A DNA stretch of 61,104 bases from Rhodobacterales bacterium (GTDB lineage: Bacteria; Pseudomonadota; Alphaproteobacteria; Rhodobacterales; Rhodobacteraceae): positions 45,388-106,491 of the forward strand of contig JAPLPF010000081.1 in the NCBI GenBank assembly GCA_026400325.1. Direction: 5' to 3'. Numbering within the stretch: position 1 is the stretch's first letter; every line of letters begins with the position of its first letter. The position numbers and the translations under genes are program-made. The notes below the pieces were generated by a model. That model searched no databases, was not told where the DNA came from, and saw only the letters and a program-made list of their open reading frames with translations. Below are positions 51,782-61,104 of this stretch, one piece after another.

Positions 51782-53125
51782 ATGACCGACAGTCTGTCCG
51801 ACCTGACCACTGCCCTGCTTGAGGCCGCCCGAAAGGCCGGGGCTGACAGTGCCGACGCACTTGCCGTGTCCGGCACCGCGGTTTCGATCGAGATTCGCAA
51901 GGGTGCGCTGGAACAGGCCGAACGATCCGAAGGCGTGGACATCGGCCTGCGGGTGCTGATGGGGCGCAGGCAGGCCTGTGTGTCGGCGTCCGACACCTCT
52001 GCTGCAACGATCAGGGCGCTTGCCGAGCGGGCGGTGGCCATGGCGCGCGAGGCGCCGGAAGATCCGCATGCAGGTCTTGCCGATCCATCGCAACTGGCAC
52101 AAGGCTGGGATCTTGCCGCGCTGGACCTTGCCGATGCCGCACCGGAACCCGGGGCTGCCGCTCTGGAAGCGCAGGCCCGCGCGGTCGAAGCGGCCGCCCT
52201 TGAAAGCAAAGGCATCACCCAGGTCGAGGCTGCTTCTGGATATAGCCACCGCCAGTTGCACATGGCCGCGACGAACGGGTTTTCCGGGGGATACGGGCGC
52301 ACTTCGACGTCGCTTTCTGCCGTGGCCTTCACCGGGTCGGGCACCGAAATGCAGCGCGACTATGCCGGCGAATCCCGCACCCATGCCGCCGACATGCCGG
52401 GGGCGGAAGGGATCGGCCAGCTTGCCGCGATACGCACCTTGCAAAGGGTGGGATCGGTCAAGCCGCGCACCGGCACCTATCCCGTGGTCTATGACGAACG
52501 GGTGGCGGCGTCGCTGGTCGGGCATCTTCTGTCAGCGATCAACGGGTCATCCATCGCACGCGGTTCCAGCTGGGCGCGAGATTTGCTGGGCAAGCAGGTG
52601 CTGCCTGCGGGTCTGTCACTGATCGAAGACCCGCATCGCCCAAGGATTTCCGCCTCGCGCCCCTTTGACGGCGAGGGGCTGGCGACCCGCAGGCGGGAAA
52701 TCGTGGCCGATGGCGTGCTGACCGGCTGGGTGCTGGACCTTGCGACCGGGCGCAAGCTGGGCCTGGCCTCGACCGCGAATGCCTTTCGCGGGACAAGCGC
52801 GCCGCCTTCTCCGTCCACCAGCTGCATTGACCTTACGCAGGGCAGCGTCAGCCGGGATGACCTTCTGGCGCAGATGGGAACCGGGCTTCTGGTCACTTCG
52901 ATGATCGGATCGACGATCAGCGCGACCACCGGGGATTACTCGCGCGGTGCCTCCGGGTTCTGGGTGGAGAACGGCCAACTGGCCTACCCGGTTCATGAAT
53001 GCACCATCGCCGGAAACCTGCGCGACATGCTGCTCAGGATCATCCCTGCGAATGACGCGCGGGCGCATCTGTCAACGCGCGTGCCGTCCATCCTGATCGA
53101 CGGGATGACCCTTGCCGGAACGTGA
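51782..53125 (+). CDS. TldD/PmbA family protein (PmbA/TldE-like)
   Basis: ERSEG..IGLRV, SRPFDGEG, TGDYSRGASGF, TIAGNL; no HExxxH motif. Confidence 0.88.
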   Translation: MTDSLSDLTTALLEAARKAGADSADALAVSGTAVSIEIRKGALEQAERSEGVDIGLRVLMGRRQACVSASDTSAATIRALAERAVAMAREAPEDPHAGLADPSQLAQGWDLAALDLADAAPEPGAAALEAQARAVEAAALESKGITQVEAASGYSHRQLHMAATNGFSGGYGRTSTSLSAVAFTGSGTEMQRDYAGESRTHAADMPGAEGIGQLAAIRTLQRVGSVKPRTGTYPVVYDERVAASLVGHLLSAINGSSIARGSSWARDLLGKQVLPAGLSLIEDPHRPRISASRPFDGEGLATRRREIVADGVLTGWVLDLATGRKLGLASTANAFRGTSAPPSPSTSCIDLTQGSVSRDDLLAQMGTGLLVTSMIGSTISATTGDYSRGASGFWVENGQLAYPVHECTIAGNLRDMLLRIIPANDARAHLSTRVPSILIDGMTLAGT

Positions 53126-53888
53126 CCTCGCCCTTCTGACCAGGGCCGCGCGTGACGCGGGCCAGATCGCGATGCGCTTCTGGAAGCGTGACCCCCAGGT
53201 CTGGGACAAGGGTGGAGACCATGGCCCGGTGACCGAGGCCGACCTTGCCGTGAACGACATGCTGGCGTCTGTGCTTCTGGCCGAAAGGCCAGACTATGGC
53301 TGGCTGTCCGAGGAAACCCCGGACAGTGTGGCGCGGCTGGCCTGCGAAAACGTCTTCATCATCGACCCGATCGACGGCACCCGCGCCTTCATCGCCGGCG
53401 AGGAAACCTTTGCCCATTCGCTAGCGGTCGCTCGGGCGGGCCGCGTGACCGCAGCCGTGGTGTTTCTTCCCGCGCTGGACAGGATATACACGGCATCGGA
53501 AACCGCACCGCCGCTACGGGACGGCCAGCCGATGTCGGCCAGTCGCCGTGACCGGATCGAAGGCGCGGACATCCTGACAACCAAGGCGAACCTTCTTCCG
53601 GAGAAGTGGCCTGGCGGCGTGCCCGAAATCCACCGCAGCTTTCGCGCGTCACTTGCCTACAGACTGTGCCTGGCGGGTGAAGGACGGCATGACGGGATGC
53701 TGACGCTGCGTCCGGCCTGGGAATGGGACATCGCCGCCGGCAGCCTGATTGCCGAACGTGCCGGGGCGGTGGTGACCGACCGTCACGGCGCTGCATTGCG
53801 GTTCAATACCGCTGCGGCGCAGTCCGATGGCGTGCTGGCCTTGCCCCCCGTGCCGCATGCTGACGTGGTGCGCAGGCTGGCGGGTTAG
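53112..53888 (+). CDS. Inositol monophosphatase/CysQ family phosphatase
   Basis: VTEAD, LSEE, IDPIDGTRAF, WEWDIAAG. Confidence 0.9.
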   Translation: MPERDLALLTRAARDAGQIAMRFWKRDPQVWDKGGDHGPVTEADLAVNDMLASVLLAERPDYGWLSEETPDSVARLACENVFIIDPIDGTRAFIAGEETFAHSLAVARAGRVTAAVVFLPALDRIYTASETAPPLRDGQPMSASRRDRIEGADILTTKANLLPEKWPGGVPEIHRSFRASLAYRLCLAGEGRHDGMLTLRPAWEWDIAAGSLIAERAGAVVTDRHGAALRFNTAAAQSDGVLALPPVPHADVVRRLAG

Positions 53889-53913
53889 TCTGCCAAGGCC
53901 GCCGCAAGCCCGG

Positions 53914-54864
53914 TCAACGCCGCCAGACCACAGCGTTTTCATGGCGCTGGATCAGATGCTGCATCGTCTGGAATGACTGAACGACATAATCTGCAAACGC
54001 CTCGCCCGCCGGGTTTCTGGCAGGGCCCCGGCGCCTTAGAATGCCCAGGTTGCGCTGCGGTTGCGGAATGTCGACGGGCAGCACCTCGATCCGGTTTTGC
54101 TTGCGTTCGGCGAACCAGACGGAAAATGGCAACACGGCCAGCGCGTCCGTTTCGGCCATGTAGTTGATCACGCTCAGAAGCGAGCCGCCGGAATAGCGGA
54201 TGTCCAGATCCGACGATGACAACGACGAGCGAATGGCAAAGAGATCAGCCAGGAGAGGAGAGCCGGGCAGGGGCGCGATCCAGGGGTAAAGGCCAAGGTC
54301 GGCCGTCGTCAGCCGCTTGGTCCGCTGCAGCGGATGTCCGACACGGCAACAGACGACATTGCGCGCGGCAAGAATGGCCGTGAAGGACAGGTCCTCGGGC
54401 TCGCCAGATGCGCCAAGCGGCACGATCCCGATGTCCATCTGATCGGCGCGCAGGGCGTTGGCGACTTCTGACAGGTTGCCATAGCTTTGCTGGAAATCCA
54501 CATCCGGTTGCTGATTCTGGAAACCGGCGATGATCCGGCTGATCATCGCATCCATGAAGAACGGCACGCCGCCCACCCGGACCAGCCCGCGCGTGCCACG
54601 CAGCAGGCTTTGAACCGCTTCGGCGGCGCGGCGGCTTTCGGCCAGGATGCGCCGACCATGGGTGGCAAGTTGCAGGCCAAGCTCGGTCGCCTGCAGCGGG
54701 CGGCGGTCGCGCAGGAACAAGGGCTTGCCGACCCGCGCCTCCAGTTGGGCAAGCGACCGTGACAGCGCCGGCTGCGACAGCCCCAACGCCGCCGCGCCCT
54801 TGCTGACGCTGCCCGCGTCAACCACGGCAGACAACTGGATAAGATGGGCCTCGCTCAATTTCAT
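53914..54864 (-). CDS. LysR family transcriptional regulator
   Basis: GSVSKGAAALGLSQPALSRSLAQLE; divergent from the dioxygenase operon. Confidence 0.93.
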   Translation of the reverse strand: MKLSEAHLIQLSAVVDAGSVSKGAAALGLSQPALSRSLAQLEARVGKPLFLRDRRPLQATELGLQLATHGRRILAESRRAAEAVQSLLRGTRGLVRVGGVPFFMDAMISRIIAGFQNQQPDVDFQQSYGNLSEVANALRADQMDIGIVPLGASGEPEDLSFTAILAARNVVCCRVGHPLQRTKRLTTADLGLYPWIAPLPGSPLLADLFAIRSSLSSSDLDIRYSGGSLLSVINYMAETDALAVLPFSVWFAERKQNRIEVLPVDIPQPQRNLGILRRRGPARNPAGEAFADYVVQSFQTMQHLIQRHENAVVWRR

Positions 54865-54877
54865 AACGAAATGATAT
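54863..54877. promoter_or_regulatory. Putative LysR recognition site (ATA-N9-TAT; T-N11-A)
   Basis: ATAACGAAATGATAT overlapping the LysR start codon. Confidence 0.5.
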
Positions 54878-54953
54878 ATTGATCTTTCGAATTGTCATCA
54901 CACGATCCATCGACCGCCTTTACTGTCCACTCACCACGGGAGGGGTAGCAGGA

Positions 54954-55817
54954 ATGGACGGGCAGGGCGCAAACGCCGAGGGGTCACGCGTGGCAGCCGA
55001 GCTGCGGCGGCGGCTTGCCCTCGCAGCCCCTGGTCGTCTGGGCGAGGCGGTGCGCCTGATCACCGAACATGCCTTCGACGTCCTTGCCACCTTGCAGCCG
55101 ACGCCGGCCGAACTTGAGGCGACGCTGCAATTCCTGACCGATGTCGGCTATGCGACCGATACGCGGCGCCAGGAATGGGTGCTTCTGGCCGATGTCTTCG
55201 GCCTGTCGGACGGCGTGATGAATGACGAGGCCCCGGACCCGCCCGGCATCACGCCATCCACGCTGCCCGGGCCGTTCTACCGCGCCGATGCGCCGATGCT
55301 GACGCTTGGGGCTGACCTTTGCCGCGACGGGAAAGGTGTGCCGTTGCGGGTTCGGGGGCAGGTGTCGGGGCCGGATGGAACAGCCCTTGCCGGGGCTTTG
55401 GTCGAGGTCTGGCACGCCAATCCCGTGGGTCGCTACGAAAATCAGGACCCCGACAACCAGCCCGAACACAACCTGCGCGGTCGCTTCATCACCGATTCTG
55501 ACGGGCGGTTTCATTTTCAGACCGTCCGACCCGGCGGCTATGCGCTGCCCGACGACGGACCGGTCGGACAGTTGGCCCGGCGCTTGGGCCTGTCGCTGGA
55601 CCGTCCGGCGCATATCCACTTCTGCGTCACCGCCCCCGGCCACCGCCGTCTGGTGACGGCCATCTTCGACGGCACCGATCCGGCAATAGACCGCGATGCG
55701 CTTTTCGCTGTCAAGCCGGGCCTGATCGGCGACTTCCGCGAGGATGGCCCCGCGTTGACCTTGACCATCGCTCTTGTCCTCGATCGGGAAAAGCGCGTTC
55801 AACCTTTGGAAGGATGA
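54954..55817 (+). CDS. Intradiol ring-cleavage dioxygenase (hydroxyquinol/catechol 1,2-dioxygenase-like)
   Basis: RQEWVLLADVFGLS, GPFY, Fe ligands GRYENQ (Tyr), GYALPDDGPVG (Tyr), RPAHIHF (His, His). Confidence 0.88.
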   Translation: MDGQGANAEGSRVAAELRRRLALAAPGRLGEAVRLITEHAFDVLATLQPTPAELEATLQFLTDVGYATDTRRQEWVLLADVFGLSDGVMNDEAPDPPGITPSTLPGPFYRADAPMLTLGADLCRDGKGVPLRVRGQVSGPDGTALAGALVEVWHANPVGRYENQDPDNQPEHNLRGRFITDSDGRFHFQTVRPGGYALPDDGPVGQLARRLGLSLDRPAHIHFCVTAPGHRRLVTAIFDGTDPAIDRDALFAVKPGLIGDFREDGPALTLTIALVLDREKRVQPLEG

Positions 55818-56779
55818 CGAAAATGTCCCTTGTGTCCGGCTATCACCACCTGACCATGAGCACGCATGGCGTGCAGGAAGACTATGACTTCTATACCAAG
55901 GCGCTGGGCCTGCATTCGGTCAAGCGCACGGTGCTGTTCGATGGCACCCTGCCGGTCTACCATCTGTACTACGGATCGCGGAATGGCGATTCATCCACCA
56001 TCATCACCACATTCCCGTTCAAGAAGCCCGGCATCTTTGGCCGGCGGGGCACCAACCAGACCCGCACGATCATGCAGGCCATCCCGGTTGGCGCTGCCGA
56101 TTTCTGGGTCGACCGGCTGAACGGCCTTGGCATCCCCGCCACCAAAGGCAGCCGTTTCGGTCTGACCCGCGTGATGTTCGCCCATCCTTGCGGCATCCCG
56201 CACGAGCTGGTGGAAAACCCTGACGACACCCGCGCGCCCATCGTGAACGAAGCACAGGGGATCAGAGCGGCCCAAGGTATCCGTGGCATCTATGGCGGCG
56301 CGGTCGCCGTGATGGACGCGCCGGCGATGGAGGAATTCCTCGACATCGGCATGCAGTTCCGCCGTGAAGGCAGCGACGACAACGGCAGCATGTGGATCGT
56401 GCCGGAAAACAACGGACTCCACTCCGTCGTCGAGCTGATCATCGACCGCGAAAGCCCGCAGGGAACCTGGACGCTGTCGGGCGGCACGGTCCACCACCTT
56501 GCCTTCAACACCGGGTCCGAAGACAACCAGATCGCGCTCAAGGCCCGGCTGGAAGGCATGGGCTACACCGATGTCAGCGAACAGAAAGATCGGATGTATT
56601 TCAAGTCGATGTACATGCGCAGCCCCGGCGGCGCGCTGTTCGAACTGGCCTGGACCGTCCCCGAAGGCTGGGCCAAGGACGAACCCGCCGACGCGATCGG
56701 CAAAAGCCTGGTTTTCCCGCCATGGTTCGACGACCGCCGCGCCGAGATCGTGGCTGGCCTGGAACCGGCTGACTTCTGA
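55814..56779 (+). CDS. VOC-family ring-cleaving dioxygenase, PcpA/LinE-like
   Basis: GYHHLT, VKRTVLFDG..PVYHLYY, ITTFP, QGTWT..GTVHHLAF, DRMYFKSMYMRSPGGALFE. Confidence 0.85.
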   Translation: MTKMSLVSGYHHLTMSTHGVQEDYDFYTKALGLHSVKRTVLFDGTLPVYHLYYGSRNGDSSTIITTFPFKKPGIFGRRGTNQTRTIMQAIPVGAADFWVDRLNGLGIPATKGSRFGLTRVMFAHPCGIPHELVENPDDTRAPIVNEAQGIRAAQGIRGIYGGAVAVMDAPAMEEFLDIGMQFRREGSDDNGSMWIVPENNGLHSVVELIIDRESPQGTWTLSGGTVHHLAFNTGSEDNQIALKARLEGMGYTDVSEQKDRMYFKSMYMRSPGGALFELAWTVPEGWAKDEPADAIGKSLVFPPWFDDRRAEIVAGLEPADF

Positions 56780-57438
56780 TGCCCGGGATTGCGGACATCC
56801 TGACCTTGGGCGTGCCGCCCGACGAGGCGAGGGTGCTATGCATCTTCGTCCACGGTCGCGGCCAGACCCCCGAGGAGATGGAGGTGGCGGTCATCCGCCG
56901 CCTGTCCGCGCCCGATGCGGCCTTCGCCTTGCCACGGGCGATAGGGAAAAGCTGGTACTCAGCCCGCGCCATTGACCCGCTGGAAGACACGACACGGGCC
57001 GAGCTGGCCGTTTCGCTCGCCGGTCTTGCCGGCACAATCGCAGACCTGCGCGACAAGGCTCCCGGCACGCCGCTGGTGCTGGCCGGTTTCAGCCAGGGCG
57101 CCTGCCTGGCGCTGGAGCATGCCTTTGCCGGGCGGGCCAAGCCCGATGCCGTAATCGCCTTCACCGGCTGCCGTGTCGGCCTTGCGGGGGACGATCGGCC
57201 CGCTGATCTGTCGCCGGGCCTGCCCGTCTATCTTTCTGCCGGAAGCGACGATCCGTGGATTCCCCTTTCCGCCTTCGCCGAGGCCGCCGTCGATCTTGGC
57301 AATGCCGGGGCTGCCTTGCGCTGCGATGTGTTCCCCTCCCGCCCGCATGAGGTGTCCCACGCCGAAATCGCCATGTTAGAGACTGTTTTGCGCGACCAGT
57401 CCCTCGGTCGGAAACCCCGGATGGAGGCCCCCCGATGA
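56779..57438 (+). CDS. Phospholipase/carboxylesterase-type alpha/beta hydrolase
   Basis: HGRG, SWY, GFSQG, DPWIP, HEV. Confidence 0.85.
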   Translation: MPGIADILTLGVPPDEARVLCIFVHGRGQTPEEMEVAVIRRLSAPDAAFALPRAIGKSWYSARAIDPLEDTTRAELAVSLAGLAGTIADLRDKAPGTPLVLAGFSQGACLALEHAFAGRAKPDAVIAFTGCRVGLAGDDRPADLSPGLPVYLSAGSDDPWIPLSAFAEAAVDLGNAGAALRCDVFPSRPHEVSHAEIAMLETVLRDQSLGRKPRMEAPR

Positions 57439-58496
57439 CCCGCCCCTTCGTGTTTCCAGGCCTGACCACCCGCGTGGTCTTTGGACATGGCACGCTTGAA
57501 AAAGTCCCGGATGAAGTGGCGCGGCTTGGTCACAGCCGCGCGCTGGTCCTGTCGACCCCCCATCAGGAAGCCGAGGCGCAGGCGCTGGCTGCCGCCTTTG
57601 GCCCCCGCGCCGCCGGGGTCTTTGCCGGGGCCACGATGCACACCCCGGTCGAGGTGACAGACCTGGCCATCACTGCCTTCCGCAGCCTGAACGCCGATTG
57701 CGTCGTCAGCCTTGGCGGCGGGTCGACCACGGGCCTTGGCAAGGCCATAGCGCTGCGGACCGGGGCCGATCAGGTCGTCATCCCCACCACCTATGCCGGG
57801 TCCGAGATGACCGACATCCTTGGCGAAACGGCGGGCGGCGAGAAAACCACCCGCCGCGACCCGGCCATCCGGCCCGAGGTGGTGGTTTATGACGTAGACC
57901 TGACCCTGACCCTGCCGGTTGCGCTGACCGTCACCTCTGCGCTTAACGCCATCGCCCATGCGATGGAGGGGTTCTACGCCCCCGACCGCAACCCGGTGAC
58001 CGAGGCGCTATCCCGTGACGCGATGGTTGCCTTCCGTGATGCCCTGCCGGTGCTGATCCACGACGCAAAGAACGCTGATGCCCGCGCCAAGGCGCTTTTC
58101 GCGGCTTGGGGCTGCTCGTTGACGCTGGGTCAGGTGACCATGGCGCTGCATCACAAACTGGCCCACGTCCTTGGCGGCAGTTTCGGCTTGCCCCATGCGG
58201 AAACGCACGCCGTCCTTCTTCCCCACACCACGGCCTATAACGAACCCGCCGTGGGCGATCTGCTGAAGCCCATCGCTGACACTTTCGGCGAAGGGTCTGC
58301 GGGCAAAGGCCTGTGGCACTTTGCCAGATCCATGAATGCACCCCTGCGGCTGGCCGACCTTGGCCTGACCGAACCCGACCTCGACCGCGCGGCCGACCTT
58401 GCTGCGAAGAACCCCTACGCCAACCCGCGCCCGGTCACGCGCGACGGAATCCGACAGCTGCTGCAACAGGCTTTCGACGGGCAATGTCCCGCCTGA
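57435..58496 (+). CDS. Maleylacetate reductase
   Basis: MHTPVEV, GGGSTTGLGKA, PTTYAGSE, NAIAHAME, MALHHKLAHVLGG, PHAETHA, YANPR. Confidence 0.92.
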   Translation: MTRPFVFPGLTTRVVFGHGTLEKVPDEVARLGHSRALVLSTPHQEAEAQALAAAFGPRAAGVFAGATMHTPVEVTDLAITAFRSLNADCVVSLGGGSTTGLGKAIALRTGADQVVIPTTYAGSEMTDILGETAGGEKTTRRDPAIRPEVVVYDVDLTLTLPVALTVTSALNAIAHAMEGFYAPDRNPVTEALSRDAMVAFRDALPVLIHDAKNADARAKALFAAWGCSLTLGQVTMALHHKLAHVLGGSFGLPHAETHAVLLPHTTAYNEPAVGDLLKPIADTFGEGSAGKGLWHFARSMNAPLRLADLGLTEPDLDRAADLAAKNPYANPRPVTRDGIRQLLQQAFDGQCPA

Positions 58497-58522
58497 AGGC
58501 GAACCAAATGGGAGGAACCAAC

Positions 58523-59778
58523 ATGATCACCAGACGCAAGCTTCTGAAATCCGGCGCGGCCACCGGCCTTGCCCTTTCCAGCCCCGGCCTCTTTGCCCCC
58601 GCCATCGCGCAGGGTGCCAAGATCCGCATCGGCTATGTCAGCCCGCAGTCGGGGCCACTCGCAGGCTTCGCCGAAAGTGACGCCTACAACATCGAAAGCT
58701 TTCTTGCGACCAGCGTCGGCCAGAACTTCGAGGTCATCGTCAAGGACAGCCAGTCCGACCCCAACCGCGCCGCTTCGGTCGCCAAGGAGCTGATTGTCGA
58801 TGACGAGATCAACCTGATGATCGTTGCCTCTACCCCCGAAACCACCAACCCAGTCGCCACGACCTGCGAGGCCGAAGGGATGCCTGTCATCTCGACCAAG
58901 GCGCCCTGGCAGCCCGCAACCCCGGCGACCCGGCAAGCTGGAAACCGTTCAACTATGCCTTCCACTACTTCTGGGGGCTGGAGGACGTGATCGCCGTCTT
59001 TCTGAACATGTGGAACCAGATCGAGACCAACAAGCAGGTTGGCGGTCTCTTTCCCAACGATGCCGACGGCAACGCCTGGGGTGATCCGAACGTGGGCGTC
59101 GGCCCCGGTTTCGCGGCCCAGGGCTATACGCTGGTCGATCCGGGCCGGTTCCAGAACCTGAACGACGATTTCAGCGCCCAGATCAACGCCTTCAAGGCTG
59201 CCAACGCCGAGATCGTGACCGGCGTGGTCATCCCGCCGGACTTCACCACCTTCCGCAACCAGGCGCTGCAGCAGGGCTTCAACCCCAAGATCATCACGGT
59301 GGCAAAGGCCATCCTCTTCCCGCAGTCGGTCGAGGCTTTGGGAGAGGCAGGCCACAACCTGTCGTCCGAGGTGTGGTGGTCCAACACCCATCCGTTCAAA
59401 TCCTCGCTGACCGGCCAGTCGGCGGCGGAACTGGCGGCCGACTTCACTGCCAAGACCAGCCGTCCCTGGACCCAGCCGATCGGCTTTGTCCATTCGCTGT
59501 TCGAGGTGGCGTCGAACGTCATGGGCCGTGTTTCGGATGTGACCGACGCCGATGCCGTGGCGGCTGCAATTGCAGCGACTGATCTGGATACCATGGTCGG
59601 CAAGATCGCGTGGAACGGTGCCGGCCTGCCGCCTTTTGCCGCCAAGAACGTCTGCAAGACCCAACTCGTCGGCGGCCAGTGGCGGCGCAAGGACGACGGG
59701 ACCTTCGACCTGGTCATCGTCGACAACCAGACCGCGCCGAACATCCCGACCGGCGGCACGATGGAGGCGCTGGCCTGA
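58523..59778 (+). pseudogene. Liv-type ABC substrate-binding protein with Tat signal, frameshifted at about 58915
   Basis: MITRRKLLK Tat motif, GYVSPQSGPLAGF, KDSQSDPNRA..APWQP in one frame; NPGDPASWKPFNYAFHYFWGLEDV.. continues in another frame to the stop at 59778. Confidence 0.85.
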
Positions 59779-59783
59779 TCCTT

Positions 59784-59809
59784 TGCGGCCCCCGTCGGCG
59801 GGGGCCGCA
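59784..59809 (+). terminator. Intercistronic stem-loop after the solute-binding protein gene
   Basis: 11-bp perfect stem TGCGGCCCCCG/CGGGGGCCGCA, loop TCGG. Confidence 0.6.
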
Positions 59810-59827
59810 TCCAAGGCCCTGATTGCG

Positions 59828-60550
59828 ATGACCAACGTCCTGACCCTTACCTCCGTCTCGCAAAGCTTTGGCGCCCTCAAGGTGACCGACGACGTAAGCT
59901 TTTCCGTGCCAAAAGGTCAGGCGCTGGGCATCATCGGCCCGAACGGTGCGGGGAAATCCACGCTTTTCAACCTGATAACCGGCAACGTCCTGCCTGACTC
60001 CGGGCAGATCACCTTGCTTGACCGTGACGTGACCCGGACCCCCGCGATGGACCGCGTCCGCATGGGCGTCGGCCGCAGCTTCCAGATCCCGCAACCCTTC
60101 GAAGGCCTGACGGTGTTTGAAAATCTGCTGACCGCTGCGGCCTTCGGCCAGAACAAGCGCGAAGCAGACGTGCAGCCGGACTGCATCGCGATCCTGCAGG
60201 ACACCGGGCTTCTGGCCCGCGCCAACCAGCTTGCCGGATCCCTCTCGCTTCTCGACCGCAAGCGGCTTGAGCTTGCCCGCGCCATGGCCACCGGGCCTGA
60301 ACTGCTGCTTCTGGACGAAATCGCCGGCGGCCTGACCGAAGGTGAGTGTCTGGCGTTGGTTGCCACGATCAAGGGCCTGCACGCAAAAGGCGTCACCATA
60401 ATCTGGATCGAACATGTCCTGCATGCCCTGAATTCCGTCGTCGAACGCCTGCTCGTGCTCGACTTCGGCCGCGTGATCGGCATTGGCGACCCCGAGGTGA
60501 TCATGGCGTCAAAAGACGTGCGCGAGATCTATCTGGGGCTCGAAGTCTGA
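59828..60550 (+). CDS. Branched-chain-amino-acid-type ABC transporter ATP-binding protein (LivG-like)
   Basis: GPNGAGKST, RSFQ, LLLDEIAGG, WIEH, YLG. Confidence 0.92.
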   Translation: MTNVLTLTSVSQSFGALKVTDDVSFSVPKGQALGIIGPNGAGKSTLFNLITGNVLPDSGQITLLDRDVTRTPAMDRVRMGVGRSFQIPQPFEGLTVFENLLTAAAFGQNKREADVQPDCIAILQDTGLLARANQLAGSLSLLDRKRLELARAMATGPELLLLDEIAGGLTEGECLALVATIKGLHAKGVTIIWIEHVLHALNSVVERLLVLDFGRVIGIGDPEVIMASKDVREIYLGLEV

Positions 60551-61104
60551 TGTCCACCGCTCCCATCCTTGAAACCAGGGGCCTGACCGCCAGTTACGGC
60601 CAGTTCAGGGCTCTGTTCGGCATCGACCTGCACGTCGGCGCGGGTGAATGCGTGGCCATCATCGGGGCGAACGGGGCGGGAAAGACCACGCTCATGCGGT
60701 CAATCACCGGGGTCCTGCGCAACGGGCCCGAAATGATCCTGCATCGCGGCACCCCCATCGGTGCGCTTGCGCCCGATCAGGTCATGCAGCGCGGCATCGC
60801 CATGGTGCCGGAAGGGCGCAAGCTTTTCCCGTCGCTTTCGGTGGAAGAAAACCTCCTGATCGGCGGGCAGGTCCGCAAGGGATCGGGCCGCTGGTCGCTG
60901 GACGAGATCTTTCGCCTGTTCCCGATCCTGAAAGACCGCCGGAAAAGCCCCGGCACCGCCCTTTCCGGTGGTCAGCAACAAATGGTCGCCATCGGTCGTG
61001 CCCTGATGTCCAACCCCGAGCTCCTGCTCTGCGACGAGATCAGCCTTGGCCTTGCTCCGGTGGTGATCCGCGACATCTACGCCGCCCTCCCGGCGATCCG
61101 CGAT
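60550..61104 (+). CDS. ABC transporter ATP-binding protein (LivF-like), runs off the window end
   Basis: ATG 60550; GANGAGKTT, VPEGRKLF, LSGGQQQM, CDEISLGLAP; no stop before the end. Confidence 0.9.
   Translation, partial: MSTAPILETRGLTASYGQFRALFGIDLHVGAGECVAIIGANGAGKTTLMRSITGVLRNGPEMILHRGTPIGALAPDQVMQRGIAMVPEGRKLFPSLSVEENLLIGGQVRKGSGRWSLDEIFRLFPILKDRRKSPGTALSGGQQQMVAIGRALMSNPELLLCDEISLGLAPVVIRDIYAALPAIRD

Overview
GC-rich alphaproteobacterial chromosome segment (Rhodobacteraceae-like by gene content and order; this is an inference) that spans the replication origin. Left part, 0.2-33.6 kb, is mostly housekeeping: pheS, rpsO with its leader, hslV-[membrane protein]-hslU, mutS, grpE/hrcA, rph-rdgB-hemW, then parB-parA-rsmG-mnmG-mnmE-rho-hemJ with two parS sites, oriC (about 26.11-26.51 kb; DnaA boxes, DnaA-trio-like unwinding element), maf-aroE-coaE-dnaQ, secB, a broken fxsA, tim44-mltA-smr. 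The right part holds two accessory catabolic loci. (1) 33.7-46.6 kb: a FadR-regulated, kinase-free sugar locus with a rhamnose-type ABC transporter, a mutarotase, several dehydrogenases, an enolase-family dehydratase, an FAH hydrolase and, unusually, an acetoacetate-decarboxylase-family enzyme plus a TIM-barrel enzyme. This is the best candidate for an undescribed pathway. (2) 53.9-61.1 kb: a LysR-regulated aromatic locus pairing an intradiol dioxygenase with a PcpA/LinE-type VOC dioxygenase, an esterase, maleylacetate reductase and a Liv-type ABC transporter. Several genes carry small indels or stops (rho, fxsA, ABC solute-binding protein, probably smr and hemW); at least the rho lesion looks like an assembly or read error. 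No rRNA, tRNA, CRISPR array, IS or prophage is supported. All family assignments come from motif recognition, with no database searches run.
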